Below, in pieces: positions 9,625 to 19,907 of a stretch of DNA of 64,000 nt. The number at the start of each line of letters is the position of its first letter. Positions within the stretch are counted from its first letter, which is position 1. The stretch is from an uncultured Candidatus Rokubacteria bacterium (GTDB lineage: Bacteria; Methylomirabilota; Methylomirabilia; Rokubacteriales; CSP1-6): assembly GCA_963754315.1 (NCBI GenBank), contig CAVWFS010000019.1, forward strand, positions 672,001 through 736,000. The letters run 5' to 3'. Below the pieces are notes generated by a model. The model was not told the origin of the DNA, did not search any database, and saw only the letters and a program-made list of their open reading frames with translations. Position numbers and translations under genes: made by a program.

Positions 9625-10932
9625 ATGACCACACCGGCATCCGTCATCATGCTGAGCATCGACGGCCTGCGCGCCGACACGATCGACGATCCCACCCTTA
9701 CCCTGCCTGCCATACGAGCCCTGATGGGGCGCGGCACGCGGGCCCGGCGGCTGCTGCCCATCTTCCCCACCGTGACCTGGCCCTGCCACACCACGATGGT
9801 GACCGGCGCCTCGCCGGCACGCCACGGGGTGCTAGGCAATCTCACATTCGATCGCGCTCGGGGCGAGGTCGTCGAGCACTTCGGCGATCGGACGACGGTT
9901 CCGATCCGAATGGAAACGCTCTGGGATCGGCTGCACGCCCGCGGCGAGCGGGTGGCGGGTATCTGCTGGCCGAAGACGCGTGACGTGGCCGCCGTCGCCG
10001 ACAATATCCCCGAGTTCTACGAGCAGGAGCTGTTCGAGCAGTACGCGTCGCAACCGCTCTGGACTGAGCTGACGCGGCAGAACTTACCCGTCCATCGCTA
10101 TGGGCCGTGGAGCAAGAGCCACCCGTTGGGACCCATGCAGGATTGGCTCTCGCTGGAGGCGGCCCTTCACGTGCTGCGCACGCGACCTCCCCGGCTCATG
10201 CTCTTGCACTTTCTCACTCTCGACTCCTTTCAGCACGATTACGGCGTCGAGAGCGCCGAGGCGCGCTGGGCCACTATTCACATGGACGCGCTGCTCGGTC
10301 GGCTGGTCGCCGTGCTGGATGCGCTGGGTCGCCTGTCGTCGACGGCCCTCCTGGTATTCGGCGACCATGGCTTCGTTGATGTGAGTACCACCCACCACCT
10401 GAACCAGATCCTGCGCGCAGAGAGGCTGCTCGAGGTCGATGCCGGTGGCGGCATCACCCGGCGGCTGGTGTGGGCCGCCGGCAACGGGGGCGCAGCGCAT
10501 GTGTACATCCTCAACGGTGCGCCGCCCACCACCGAGGCGCGGCTGCGCGAGCGGTTCGCCGCGCTGCCGGGGGTGGACGTGATCGGCCGCGAGCGCTTTC
10601 ACGATCTGGGGCTGCCCGAACCCGCGCCGGACTCTGCACAGGGGGATCTCATGCTCGCCGCCCACGATGGGGTGTTCTTCACCGGGCATCCAACGGAAGA
10701 GGCCGCTGCCGCCGCGCCCGTCTATCTGGCCGCCCACGGCCATGTCCCGACCATCCCCAAGCTGGCCGCCGCCTTCATGATGGCGGGGCCGGGCATCCGG
10801 GAAGGCGCGGCCGTTGACACCGTGTCGATGCTCGACCTCGCACCCACGGCCGCCTCTCTCCTGCGGGTCGATCTTCCTGAAGCCGAGGGACGACCCTTGG
10901 CGGAGGCGCTCAACCTTCCTGGCCATCGATGA
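9625..10932 (+). CDS. Alkaline phosphatase superfamily nucleotide pyrophosphatase/phosphodiesterase
   Basis: SIDGLR, PTVTWPCHTTMVTG, D..QH, GDHGF, AHG. Confidence 0.9.
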   Translation: MTTPASVIMLSIDGLRADTIDDPTLTLPAIRALMGRGTRARRLLPIFPTVTWPCHTTMVTGASPARHGVLGNLTFDRARGEVVEHFGDRTTVPIRMETLWDRLHARGERVAGICWPKTRDVAAVADNIPEFYEQELFEQYASQPLWTELTRQNLPVHRYGPWSKSHPLGPMQDWLSLEAALHVLRTRPPRLMLLHFLTLDSFQHDYGVESAEARWATIHMDALLGRLVAVLDALGRLSSTALLVFGDHGFVDVSTTHHLNQILRAERLLEVDAGGGITRRLVWAAGNGGAAHVYILNGAPPTTEARLRERFAALPGVDVIGRERFHDLGLPEPAPDSAQGDLMLAAHDGVFFTGHPTEEAAAAAPVYLAAHGHVPTIPKLAAAFMMAGPGIREGAAVDTVSMLDLAPTAASLLRVDLPEAEGRPLAEALNLPGHR

Positions 10933-11681
10933 GGGCCATCCTCATCGCGGCCGGACGGGGACGCCGGCTGCGGCCCCTGACCGACGACGTTCCCAAGTGC
11001 TACGCCGAGATCGGCGGACGCCGAATTCTCGACTGGTGTCTGGAGGCGCTGACGAGCGCTGGGCTCGATCCGATCGTCTTCGTGGGCGGCTATCGGATGG
11101 AGCGCGTGCAGCGGGATTACCCTCACCTGCACTTCAGGCACAACGCGAGCTGGGAAGACAACAACATCCTAGCCTCGTTGCTGCACGCCGAGGCCGACAT
11201 GGCCGAAGGCTTCGTGTCGAGCTACAGCGATATCCTCTACCGAGCGGAAGCCGTGAAGCGCCTGGTGGCCAGTCGGGCCGACATCGCCTTGCTGGTGGAC
11301 ACCGCGTGGCGCCCCCGCTACGCTCCCCGCACCGAGCACCCCGAATCTGATGGCGAGAAAGTTCGGATGGCCGGGCATCGGATCGTAGAAGTCCGCCGGA
11401 CCATCCCTCCCGTCGAAGCTCCTGCGGAATTCACCGGCGTTGCCAAATTCTCGCCGGCGGGGGCACAAGTGCTCATCGAGCACTACCACCGCGCCCGGCG
11501 GGCTCACTCCGAGACCGAGGCTTCCCACTCGCCGTTCGCGAAGTGGTACATGATCACCCTGCTCCAGGCGATGCTGGAAGCGGGCGTGGAAATGGAGGCG
11601 GTAGAAACGCACGGCGGGTACTTCGAGATCGACACCACACAGGACTACCTTCTCGCTCAGCAAGGATGGCCCGCTCGATGA
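10929..11681 (+). CDS. Phosphocholine cytidylyltransferase (LicC/PntC)-like nucleotidyltransferase
   Basis: AILIAAGRGRRLRPLTDDVPKC, YSDI, EIDT..DY. ATGA coupling. Confidence 0.85.
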   Translation: MRAILIAAGRGRRLRPLTDDVPKCYAEIGGRRILDWCLEALTSAGLDPIVFVGGYRMERVQRDYPHLHFRHNASWEDNNILASLLHAEADMAEGFVSSYSDILYRAEAVKRLVASRADIALLVDTAWRPRYAPRTEHPESDGEKVRMAGHRIVEVRRTIPPVEAPAEFTGVAKFSPAGAQVLIEHYHRARRAHSETEASHSPFAKWYMITLLQAMLEAGVEMEAVETHGGYFEIDTTQDYLLAQQGWPAR

Positions 11682-12739
11682 GCCATCCCGCTTCTCTGCT
11701 CTTGTTTCCGGCCTCGGTGGTGGGGAGCATGCCGCGCCCGGCCTTCGTTCGCGATCTGCTCGCCCGCCCCCCGGACGATCCCGAACGTGCGGTTCATATG
11801 GATGCGGCCGTCCACTACGTGATTGCCCTCCAGGAAGCGGCCGGGATCGACGTGGTGTCGGACGGTGAGTGGCGTCGGCTCTCCTACATTGGCATCATCG
11901 CCGACATCGCAGAGGGCTTCGCGCGGGAGACCCGCGACGGACTCTCATGGCACACCGTGGTCGGAACCCTGCGGCCGAAGCATCCCGGCCTGACGGGGAA
12001 GGAAGCGCGCTTTCTGGTCGAAAACACCACGCGCGCCACCAAGGTCGCCCTTCCCTCGCCGTACCTGCTCGCCCAGCGCATGTGGGATCCCGAGCGCTCG
12101 CGGGAAGCTTACCCCACCCGGGAGACGTTCATGCGCGCGTTGGTGCCCGTCCTGCGCGGCGAGTTGCTCGCTCTGCGCGCGGCCGGCGTGACCATAGCCC
12201 AGTTCGACGATCCCCACCTTTGCTTGCTGGCCGACCCGCGGATCCGGGCCACGCTGGCCGATCCCGACGCGGAGGCCGAGCTTTGCGTGAGCGTTCTCAA
12301 CGAGATCGTGGCCGGCATCGATGGGATCATCACGGCCGTGCATCTCTGCCGGCGGAACAAGGGCCGCCAGGGCTGGATCGGTGAGGGCGGCTACGATCCC
12401 ATCGTGCCGTTCCTCAGAATGCTGAACGTCGACCAATACGTCTTGGAGTTCACCATCCCGGTGGCCGGCGACTTCAGCATCTTGCGCGAGCTTCCAGACG
12501 ATCGCCAGGTCGGGCTCGGGTGTGTGGATTGTCGTGGCGAAGCGATCGAGCGGTCGGAGGCGGTGGCCGCGCGGGTGGAGCAGGCTCTGCGCCACATCGA
12601 CGCCGAGCGGGTGTGGCTCAACCCGGACTGCGGCTTCGCCCCCGGGAGCGCGGCGGACATCCCCGTCGATGAAGCCTATGCCAAGCTCCAGGCCGAGGCG
12701 GGGGCGGCCGCGCTCTTACGCAGCCGCCACCGGCGTTGA
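11678..12739 (+). CDS. Cobalamin-independent methionine synthase II-like protein (single barrel)
   Basis: VVGSMPRP, QEAAGIDVVSDGEWRR, Zn ligands HLC...E...PDCGF. Confidence 0.88.
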   Translation: MSHPASLLLFPASVVGSMPRPAFVRDLLARPPDDPERAVHMDAAVHYVIALQEAAGIDVVSDGEWRRLSYIGIIADIAEGFARETRDGLSWHTVVGTLRPKHPGLTGKEARFLVENTTRATKVALPSPYLLAQRMWDPERSREAYPTRETFMRALVPVLRGELLALRAAGVTIAQFDDPHLCLLADPRIRATLADPDAEAELCVSVLNEIVAGIDGIITAVHLCRRNKGRQGWIGEGGYDPIVPFLRMLNVDQYVLEFTIPVAGDFSILRELPDDRQVGLGCVDCRGEAIERSEAVAARVEQALRHIDAERVWLNPDCGFAPGSAADIPVDEAYAKLQAEAGAAALLRSRHRR

Positions 12740-12820
12740 GTTTGACGGTGACGTCGCTCAGGCCATGCCCTTCGTCGATCAGCGCCGCCGCCGATTCTGA
12801 TGGTGACGTAGACTAGGTTC

Positions 12821-13762
12821 GTGGACGTCAGCTCGGCGATTGACCTTCGGCTGGCCCCCATGGCGGGGGTCACCAACGCGCCGTTCAGGCTCGTCGCCCG
12901 CGAGTGTGGAGCAGGGCTCCTGACCAGCGAGGAGATCGATGCGCGCGGGCTCCTCGCGGACAGCGCTCACACGCGCGAATTGGCGCGCTACCTACCGGAG
13001 GAACACCCCATCACCTTCCAGCTCCTCGGCGGGGATGCCGAGGTGCTCGCGGAGGCAGCGCGGCGATTGGAGGCGGCTGGCGCCGACGGCATCGACCTCA
13101 ACATGGGCTGCCCGGTGACCAAGATCGTGAGCAAGGGTCATGGCGCCGCCCTCATGCGTGATCCCTGGGCAGCTGCTCTGATCTTCAGGGCCATACGCAA
13201 GGCCGTGAACGTGCCATTCTCTATCAAGATTCGAGGCGGCTGGGACGATCGCACGCTCAACGCCACCGAAATCGCGCAGATTGCCGAGAACGAGGGGATC
13301 GACGCGATCACCGTGCACCCCCGCACCCGTTCCCAGCAGTTCACCGGGCGCGCGCCCTGGGAAATCATCGCGGCGGTGGTGGATGCCGTACGCATTCCGG
13401 TCATCGGCAACGGGGACGTTCGCAGTCGCGTCGACGCGGAAAGCATGGTGGCGACGACCAACTGCGAGAGCGTCATGATCGGCCGGGGAGCGTTGGGGGC
13501 ACCATGGATCTTCGCGCCGACCGAGCCGACGCGCGAGAACAAGGCGCGGGTTATCGCGCGCCACTGCCAGCTCATTGAGGCTCATCTGCCCCCTCGGGTA
13601 GCCGACATTCAGCTCAGAAAGCATCTGGCGTGGTACACGAACGGGCTCCCCTTCGCCGCGCAGGCCCGTCCCACCATCTTCCAAGCCCCCGATGCCGAGC
13701 GGGCCAAAGAGCTCTTCTGGCAACTCTGGCGGGGCGATCCACTATCCGCGGTTCGTCCCTAG
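12821..13762 (+). CDS. dusB: tRNA-dihydrouridine synthase (DusB family)
   Basis: LAPMAGVT, IDLNMGCP, KIRGGW, VHPRT, GNGDV, MIGRGALGAPW, RKHLAWY. Confidence 0.9.
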   Translation: MDVSSAIDLRLAPMAGVTNAPFRLVARECGAGLLTSEEIDARGLLADSAHTRELARYLPEEHPITFQLLGGDAEVLAEAARRLEAAGADGIDLNMGCPVTKIVSKGHGAALMRDPWAAALIFRAIRKAVNVPFSIKIRGGWDDRTLNATEIAQIAENEGIDAITVHPRTRSQQFTGRAPWEIIAAVVDAVRIPVIGNGDVRSRVDAESMVATTNCESVMIGRGALGAPWIFAPTEPTRENKARVIARHCQLIEAHLPPRVADIQLRKHLAWYTNGLPFAAQARPTIFQAPDAERAKELFWQLWRGDPLSAVRP

Positions 13763-13777
13763 GGACAGACGACGGCA

Positions 13778-14236
13778 TTGGGTTCAGCCGTGATCCAGAA
13801 GTACTTCGAGGATTTCGCGATCGGCGAGCGGTTCGGTAGCCCGGGCAAGACGCTCACCGATGCCCACTTCATGTTCTTCGCCGGCATGACGGGCGATGCT
13901 CACCCCATTCACTACGACGACGAGTACGCCAAGAAGCAACGCTTCGGGCGCCGGCTGGCCCACGGGCTGCTGCTCAGCTCCATGACGGCAGTGGGTGCGT
14001 CTACCCTGGCTCCGCTCATCGAGGACTCCATCATCGCCTTCGTCGAACAGACCACCCGCTTTCTCGCCCCCGCCTTCATTGGCGACACCATCACGCCGGT
14101 CCACGAGGTGGTGGGCTTGGAGCGCAAGCGGGCAGCCGGGCTCTTGACCCTGCGGGTGACTCTCACCAACCAGCGGGGCGAGACGATCCTCGACGGCCAG
14201 CACCGCTATCTCATCGCCTACCGTCCAGCCGCCTGA
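13778..14236 (+). CDS. MaoC-family (hotdog) dehydratase
   Basis: YFEDFAIG, TGDAHPIH.D, AHG, FLAPAFIGD. Start could be GTG 13790. Confidence 0.88.
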   Translation: MGSAVIQKYFEDFAIGERFGSPGKTLTDAHFMFFAGMTGDAHPIHYDDEYAKKQRFGRRLAHGLLLSSMTAVGASTLAPLIEDSIIAFVEQTTRFLAPAFIGDTITPVHEVVGLERKRAAGLLTLRVTLTNQRGETILDGQHRYLIAYRPAA

Positions 14237-14342
14237 CCAGAGTATCGTCCCTCGCCCCTGGTCCGACCGTGATCCCTTGTCCGGATGGCAACGACCAATC
14301 TATAGTTTTGTCATGGACCGACCCTTTCAGAGGAGGCAGGCC

Positions 14343-14751
14343 ATGCGCACATCGCCTTCTGATTACCGTGCTGACGCTGATCACCCTGGTCCTGATGCCC
14401 GGCCCGCCCGGCGCCGCTCAGGCCCCGCTGGATCACCAAGGGCTGGTCGGTGATTGGGTCGGCAAATGGACGGGGACGATCGTGCCCGGCCACGGTCGCC
14501 GCGGCGGCTCGGGGGGACCCTACTCGCTCACGATCAACCGCGTGGAGGGCGAGAACGTCTTCGCAACGGTCTTTTTCCCCGCCGCTTTCCAAGGAACCCG
14601 CAATGTTCGGGCAACGCTCGCGGGTAACAATCTCACGTTCGGCAACGAACAGTTCACGACGGCGCTGAGCATCGAGGGCGATCAGATTCGAGGGACGATC
14701 ACCGGCGGTGGCGCGCCACCGCGTGAGATCGCCCTGACCCGGAAGAAATAA
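14343..14751 (+). CDS. Hypothetical secreted beta-rich protein; 1-bp frameshift just after the start
   Basis: AGGAGG RBS then ATG 14343, one base out of frame with HRLLITVLTLITLVL...AAQA...LVGDWVGKWTG. Confidence 0.55.
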
Positions 14752-14781
14752 CTCGCGCGCCCTCCCGTAGCTCCCCGCGTG

Positions 14782-14863
14782 AAACGGGGAGGTTTGGAGG
14801 GGCGTCGCGCCCCCTCCATGATAAACGGGGAGGTTTGGAGGGGGCGTCGCGCCCCCTCCATGA
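14782..14863. repeat. Tandem doublet of G-run/hairpin palindromic repeat
   Basis: aaacggggaggtttggagggg(g)cgtcgcgccccctccatga at 14782-14821 and 14823-14863, between convergent genes. Confidence 0.9.
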
Positions 14864-14866
14864 GAA

Positions 14867-15968
14867 TCAATCGGAGCGGCCGCGCGCTGCGATATCCCAC
14901 ACCGCCTCGACTTCCACCCCGCGCACGGCATAGACGCGGTCGTACAGGTTGAACGTGGGGTCACAGTGGGGCGGGAAGAACTCGATTCGCTCGCCCAGAC
15001 GCACGGAACGGTCGGGATCCTCGAGGACGAGTCGGCCGTGCTCGTCGCCGGCAAACTCGTAACGGAGCCCGGGGCGCTCCACGGCCTCGGGAGGAAAGGG
15101 CTTGTCGGTCGAGAAGGCCTTGAGGCCGGCATCGACGATGGCGCGTTCCGCGGTGGGAACACTGACGACGGTGGCGACCACGGTCAGGGCCATCTCGAAG
15201 TCGGTCAAGGCATCACCCGTCCGCCCCCCAATCCGTCGGTAGTCGATATCCATCACGCAGTAGGAGCCCGATTGCAGCTCGGTCAGACCGGCTAGCTCAC
15301 TGTCGATGTCGTAGGTGCCGGTAGACGCGCCCGCCACGATGTCCACGGGCAGACCCGAGCGCTCCAGGAGGGCTCGCGTTTGCATGAGCGGGGCAAGCGC
15401 TGCGTGCGAGGCGTCGCGTCGTGCCTTCCAGCCGACAACGTGGGCACAGTGACCCGCGTAGCCCTGGAGTCCTCGCAAGCGCAGCGCGCGGGCAGCCATG
15501 ACTCGCCGGGCCAGCTCGAGCGCGGGCCCCCCCGGCTGAATGCCGGTACGCCGGGTGCCTACATCGATATCGACCAGGACGTCCGCGGTGAGGCCGGCCG
15601 ACGCCAAGGCTCGAATCGAGGTCGGCGACGTTCTCTGCGTTGTCGACCACGATCATCGTGTCCGGGGCCTCCCGTATCAGCTCCACGAAGCGCCGGATCT
15701 TCGGCGCGGGCACGATGGGTGTGGTGCATAGCAGGCCACGGATGCCCGCCTTGGCCATGACCTCCGCCTCGCCCAGCTTCGCACAGGCGACGCCGAGCGC
15801 CCCCGCTCCGATCTGGCGCCGGGCGATCTCCGGACAGCGGTGGGTCTTTGCGTGGGGCCGGATGGCCTTTCCGGCCGCCCGAGCGTGGATGGCCATGCGG
15901 GCGAGATTCTTCTCGAAGCGATCGAGGTCGAGGAGCAAGGCGGGGGTCGGAATCTCGTCACGTCGCAT
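14867..15968 (-). CDS. DSD1/D-threonine aldolase-like PLP enzyme (alanine racemase fold); frameshift near 15613
   Basis: TPALLLDL, RPHAKTH in one frame. DVGTRRTG, QGYAGH, ELQSGSY, EHG, PPHCDPTFNL in the other. Confidence 0.88.
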
Positions 15969-15989
15969 CGAGCGCGCACTCTACCACAC

Positions 15990-16460
15990 TTAGCTGAGGC
16001 TTACACTGTCGCTGAGCTCGTTCGTATCATCGGGGCGACGGGGAAAATGACGGGCCAGGGAGCGTCCGAGGTCATGCACGGCCTCGATGAGGGCTGCGCG
16101 CGCCGCGCCCTGACGGAGCCGACTCACCATCAGGTCCCGCACGTCCGCCCAGTAGTGCTCTTCCACGCGGGTATCGATGCCCTCATCGCCGAGGATCGCA
16201 ACGCGATGGTCCTCGAGCGCCACATAGATCAGCACACCGTGGCGTAGCGCCGTTCGATGCATACCGAGTCGAACGAATACCTCCCGCGCGCGCTCGAGCA
16301 CATCCGGTCCTTCCTGGTCGGGTCGGGGTGGGACCGTACGCTCGAGGTGGACACGGATCTCGGCTGAGGTTTCCCGCTCTGCCGCTTCGACGGCAGAGCC
16401 GATCGCGTCGAGATCGCCTTCCGCGAACAGCGTCCGTGTCCAGCTTGGATGCTTGTCCAT
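15990..16460 (-). CDS. TPM-domain protein
   Basis: AVEAAERETSAEIRVH, GVLIYVA, LGDEGI, NELSD. In lemA cluster. Confidence 0.88.
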   Translation of the reverse strand: MDKHPSWTRTLFAEGDLDAIGSAVEAAERETSAEIRVHLERTVPPRPDQEGPDVLERAREVFVRLGMHRTALRHGVLIYVALEDHRVAILGDEGIDTRVEEHYWADVRDLMVSRLRQGAARAALIEAVHDLGRSLARHFPRRPDDTNELSDSVSLS

Positions 16461-17161
16461 TACCAGTCTCCGCTGGCTCCCCCGCCGCCGAAGCCCCCTC
16501 CGCCGGGAGAGAAGCCGCCTCCGTCTCCGGGATCGCCTCCACCTGATCCGCCCCAGCCGCCTCCACCCCAGACAATCGGGGGAACGACCACGGGTGTCCA
16601 GCCTCTTCCCGGTGAGTAGGTGTAGCCGGCGGGAGCAGAGCGACGCCGGCGCCGAGCCGCGCTCAAGAACATGATTGCGATAACCGCGACCACGAAGAGC
16701 AGCGCCAGCGGGGTCATCCCGACCGCCGGCTCCTTTCGTCGTGGGCGCTCCGGAGCGGGGGTGGCATCGATGCGGGCAAAGACGGCATTGATTGCGCGCT
16801 CCAGGCCGGCCGCGTATCGGCCTTCGCGAAAGGCCGGGGCGATGCTGTCACGGATGATCTGCCCAGCCGTGGCATCGGGCAGGGCGCCTTCCAGCCCGTA
16901 GCCCACCTCCAGGCGGACCTTCCGATCTTTGGCGAAGACGAGCAGGATGACGCCGTTGTCGAGCCCCTTCTGCCCCACCCGCCAGCGCTCGGCCAGCCGG
17001 ATTGAGAAGTCCTCCAGACTCTCGCCCTCGAGGGACGGGAAGATGGCGACGACCATCTGGGCGCCGGTGGCCCGCTCCCGGTCGGCGAGCTGGGTCTCCA
17101 GTCGCTGCCGGTCGGTGGCCGAGAGGAGCCCCGCGTAGTCGTTGACGCGGGCAGACGGCAC
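16460..17161 (-). CDS. TPM-domain (YgcG-like) membrane protein with Gly-rich tail
   Basis: RVNDYAGLLS, WRVGQKGLDNGVIL, EVGYGLEG, GGGFGGGGASGDW. True start probably slightly upstream. Confidence 0.9.
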   Translation of the reverse strand: MPSARVNDYAGLLSATDRQRLETQLADRERATGAQMVVAIFPSLEGESLEDFSIRLAERWRVGQKGLDNGVILLVFAKDRKVRLEVGYGLEGALPDATAGQIIRDSIAPAFREGRYAAGLERAINAVFARIDATPAPERPRRKEPAVGMTPLALLFVVAVIAIMFLSAARRRRRSAPAGYTYSPGRGWTPVVVPPIVWGGGGWGGSGGGDPGDGGGFSPGGGGFGGGGASGDW

Positions 17162-17202
17162 GGGAGGGATGATGAGCGCGAGCAGCAGTAACGCGAGCAG
17201 AA

Positions 17203-17787
17203 CTAGAACTTCACCTTGGGCGGAGTGGCCGCCTCGGGGACTGCCTCGAAGAAGGGTCGGGGTTGAAATCCCGCCAGTCGCCCGACCAGGCTCCCGGGAA
17301 AGAGCTGGAGCTTCGTGTTGTACTCGCGCACCGCCTCGTTGAAGCGGCGGCGCTCGACGGCGATACGGTTCTCCGTCCCTTCCAGCTGGGTTTGTAGAGC
17401 CATGAAGGCGGCGTTGCTCTTGAGGTCGGGATAGCGTTCCACCACGACCATCAACCGGCTCAGCGCTCCCGAGAGCTGGTTCTGGGCGGCTTGGAAGCGC
17501 TCGAGCGCCTTGGGATCATTCAGCGCCTCGGGGGTGAGTTGGATGCTCGTGGCACTCGCTCGCGCGCGGGTCACCTCTTCCAGGACGGTACGCTCCTGGG
17601 CGGCGGCGCCCTTGACGGTCTCCACCAGGTTCGGGATGAGATCGGCTCGCCGCTGGTAGACGTTCTGCACCTGGGCCCACCGCTCATTGGTGACCTGCTG
17701 CAGGGGGACGAGCTGGTTGTAAACGCTCACCCCCCAGATGCCGAACCCCAGGATTGCGAGGACAAGGACGATGGCGAGCAGTTTCAT
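17203..17787 (-). CDS. lemA: LemA family protein
   Basis: YQRRADLIPNLVETVKG, ERYPDLKSN, LEGTENRIAVERRRFN. Confidence 0.95.
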   Translation of the reverse strand: MKLLAIVLVLAILGFGIWGVSVYNQLVPLQQVTNERWAQVQNVYQRRADLIPNLVETVKGAAAQERTVLEEVTRARASATSIQLTPEALNDPKALERFQAAQNQLSGALSRLMVVVERYPDLKSNAAFMALQTQLEGTENRIAVERRRFNEAVREYNTKLQLFPGSLVGRLAGFQPRPFFEAVPEAATPPKVKF

Positions 17788-17800
17788 TTCACACGTTCGG

Positions 17801-17866
17801 TGGGGCTCGAAATGGCCTCCCACCCCTCCCGCTCAGAGCGCTGCCGACGACCCATGGCGTGCCCCC
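17801..17866. repeat. Degenerate copy of the double-hairpin dispersed element
   Basis: tggggctcgaaatggcctcccacccctcccgctcagagcgc...acccatggcg aligns by eye with 43179-43253. Confidence 0.65.
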
Positions 17867-17908
17867 GCCCCTGCAGTATTGGTCAAGTATACGCCGGACT
17901 CCGTCCGG

Positions 17909-17937
17909 TTGACCGCTTCGCACGGCCGTCTTACACT
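17909..17937 (+). promoter_or_regulatory. sigma70-type promoter, leaderless arrangement
   Basis: TTGACC-17 nt-TACACT, 7 nt before GTG 17945, no SD. Confidence 0.65.
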
Positions 17938-17944
17938 GCGCGGC

Positions 17945-18772
17945 GTGCCGACCGATGTTCTGCCCGACTACCGCATCACTGCGCGCAACACCTCGAAGCA
18001 ATCCGAGAACCTGATCCATGATGACTCGACGGCGCGGCGCTATGGATTTGCGGGCGCCCTTGTGCCGGGGGTCACGGTGTACGCCTACCTCACCCAGCCA
18101 TTGGTGGCGGCCTTCGGCGCGGCCTGGCTCGATCGGGGCACGGCCAACGTCCGTTTCGTAAGGCCCATCCTGGAGGGGGACGCCGTCGTCGTCTCCGGGT
18201 CCGTGGTCGACCAGAATTCTAACGAGACCACGGTGTCGCTTACCGCCCGCGTCGTGGGCGGTGAGGAGTGCGCCGTGATGTCGGCCACGATTCCGGCTGG
18301 TCTCCCCACGCCCGTTAATGTGGTCGCGTACCGGGAGGTCCCTCTGCCCGATGCACGGCCTCCCGTCACGCGGGACGCCCTGCTTGCTATCAGCGATCTG
18401 GGTACACCGGTGACGCATTACGATGAAGCCCGCACCCGCGAATTTTTGGGCAAGATCGACGACCCGCTCCCCCTGTATCAAGGAGAAGCCGGACGCGTCC
18501 ACCCCGCCTTCTTTCTCGACCAGGCCAATCGGGCGCTGAGCGGCAACGTCCGGTTGGGCCCCTGGATTCACGCCGCGAGCATCGTGCGCCACCTCGGACG
18601 GGCTCGCGTGAACGATACCCTGCGCACCCGCGGTCGCATCCGCTCACTCTACGAGAAGAAGGGACGGGAGTTCGTAGAGCTCGATCTCGTCATCGTCAGT
18701 GGAGAGAAACCGCAGCCCGTCGCCCACATCCTGCATACGGCAATCTACCGCCTCCCGCCGTTGCCAGCATGA
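17945..18772 (+). CDS. Double-hotdog MaoC-like dehydratase
   Basis: ENLIHDDSTARRYGFAGALVPGV, RFVRP, PWIH, YEKKGREFVELD. Confidence 0.8.
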   Translation: MPTDVLPDYRITARNTSKQSENLIHDDSTARRYGFAGALVPGVTVYAYLTQPLVAAFGAAWLDRGTANVRFVRPILEGDAVVVSGSVVDQNSNETTVSLTARVVGGEECAVMSATIPAGLPTPVNVVAYREVPLPDARPPVTRDALLAISDLGTPVTHYDEARTREFLGKIDDPLPLYQGEAGRVHPAFFLDQANRALSGNVRLGPWIHAASIVRHLGRARVNDTLRTRGRIRSLYEKKGREFVELDLVIVSGEKPQPVAHILHTAIYRLPPLPA

Positions 18773-19905
18773 CCCCCCTCGCGGGCATCCGCATCCTCGA
18801 TCTGACCAGCTACATCGCGGGGTCATACGCAGCGATGATGCTGGCCGACCTGGGGGCGTCGGTTCTCAAGGTGGAGGCACTCGAGGGAGACTCCTTCCGC
18901 GAGTTACCGGGGTTCTACGGCTGGAACCGCGGCAAACGCTCGCTTGCGCTCAACCTCAAGACACCCGAAGGGCTCGAGATCATCGAGCGGCTCGCCCTTG
19001 AAAGCGACGTGGCCATGGAGAACATGCGTCCCGGCGTGGCCGATCGGCTGGGCGTCGGGGCCACTCGGCTGCGCGGGCTGAACCCCCGCCTCGTCTACTG
19101 TTCGGTGACCGCGTTTGGCCCGACCGGCGCCTATCGCGATCGGCCCGGCTTCGATCCGCTCCTCCAGGCCATGGGCGGGCTGATGGCCCAGCAGGGCATC
19201 GGGGGCCCGCCGCAGTATTTGCGGATAGCGCCGACCGACTACTACACGGCAGCCCTGGCCACCCAAGGCGTGCTGGCCGCCCTGATAGCGCGGAGTCGTA
19301 CGGGACAGGGCCAGCACGTCGAGACATCCCTGCTCCAGGGGGTCCTCGCGCTGCAGTCAGGCAACGTCGTCGAGTATGCGGGCAAGCCCACTATCGTGCG
19401 GGACAATCCGACATATCGTCTCTATCAGGCCAATGACGGCGAGTGGTTCTTCCTCGCCTGCGGCAACCAGTCGTTCTGGGTGAAACTGTGCAAGGCCCTC
19501 GGGCTCGAGGATCTGGCCGACGACCCACGCTTCGCCTCGTGGCTTCTGCGCATCGACAACCGCGATGCGCTCTTGCCGGTGCTCGAGGCGAGATTCCGGA
19601 GCCGGCCGCGGCACGAGTGGCTGACGGTCTTGGCCTCTCACGACATCCCGGCGGCCCCGGTCCAGACGTTGGCGGAGTTTTTGAGGGACCCCGTGGTGCA
19701 CCATCACCACATGGTGCAGGAGTACGACCATCCGGAGGTCGGCCGGCTGCGGGTCATGGGCCAGCCGTTCGGGTTCTCCGACACGCCGACTGAAGATCCC
19801 GGACCGCCGCCAACGCTAGGGCAGCACACGGAGGAGACGCTGGCCACGCTTGGCTACAGCCCCGAGAGAATCGCAGATCTGCGTCGCCGCGCCATCGTGA
19901 GGTGA
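18769..19905 (+). CDS. Family III CoA-transferase (CaiB/BaiF)
   Basis: LAGIRILDL, LADLGA.V.KVE, NRGKRS, ENMRPG, PPTLGQHT. Confidence 0.95.
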   Translation: MTPLAGIRILDLTSYIAGSYAAMMLADLGASVLKVEALEGDSFRELPGFYGWNRGKRSLALNLKTPEGLEIIERLALESDVAMENMRPGVADRLGVGATRLRGLNPRLVYCSVTAFGPTGAYRDRPGFDPLLQAMGGLMAQQGIGGPPQYLRIAPTDYYTAALATQGVLAALIARSRTGQGQHVETSLLQGVLALQSGNVVEYAGKPTIVRDNPTYRLYQANDGEWFFLACGNQSFWVKLCKALGLEDLADDPRFASWLLRIDNRDALLPVLEARFRSRPRHEWLTVLASHDIPAAPVQTLAEFLRDPVVHHHHMVQEYDHPEVGRLRVMGQPFGFSDTPTEDPGPPPTLGQHTEETLATLGYSPERIADLRRRAIVR

Positions 19906-19907
19906 GC

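Noticed and set aside
17161..17215. Non-canonical start for the TPM gene (in-frame hydrophobic VLVLLALLLLALII upstream of the GTG)
   Set aside because: Cannot distinguish a rare start codon from another indel error at the lemA overlap.
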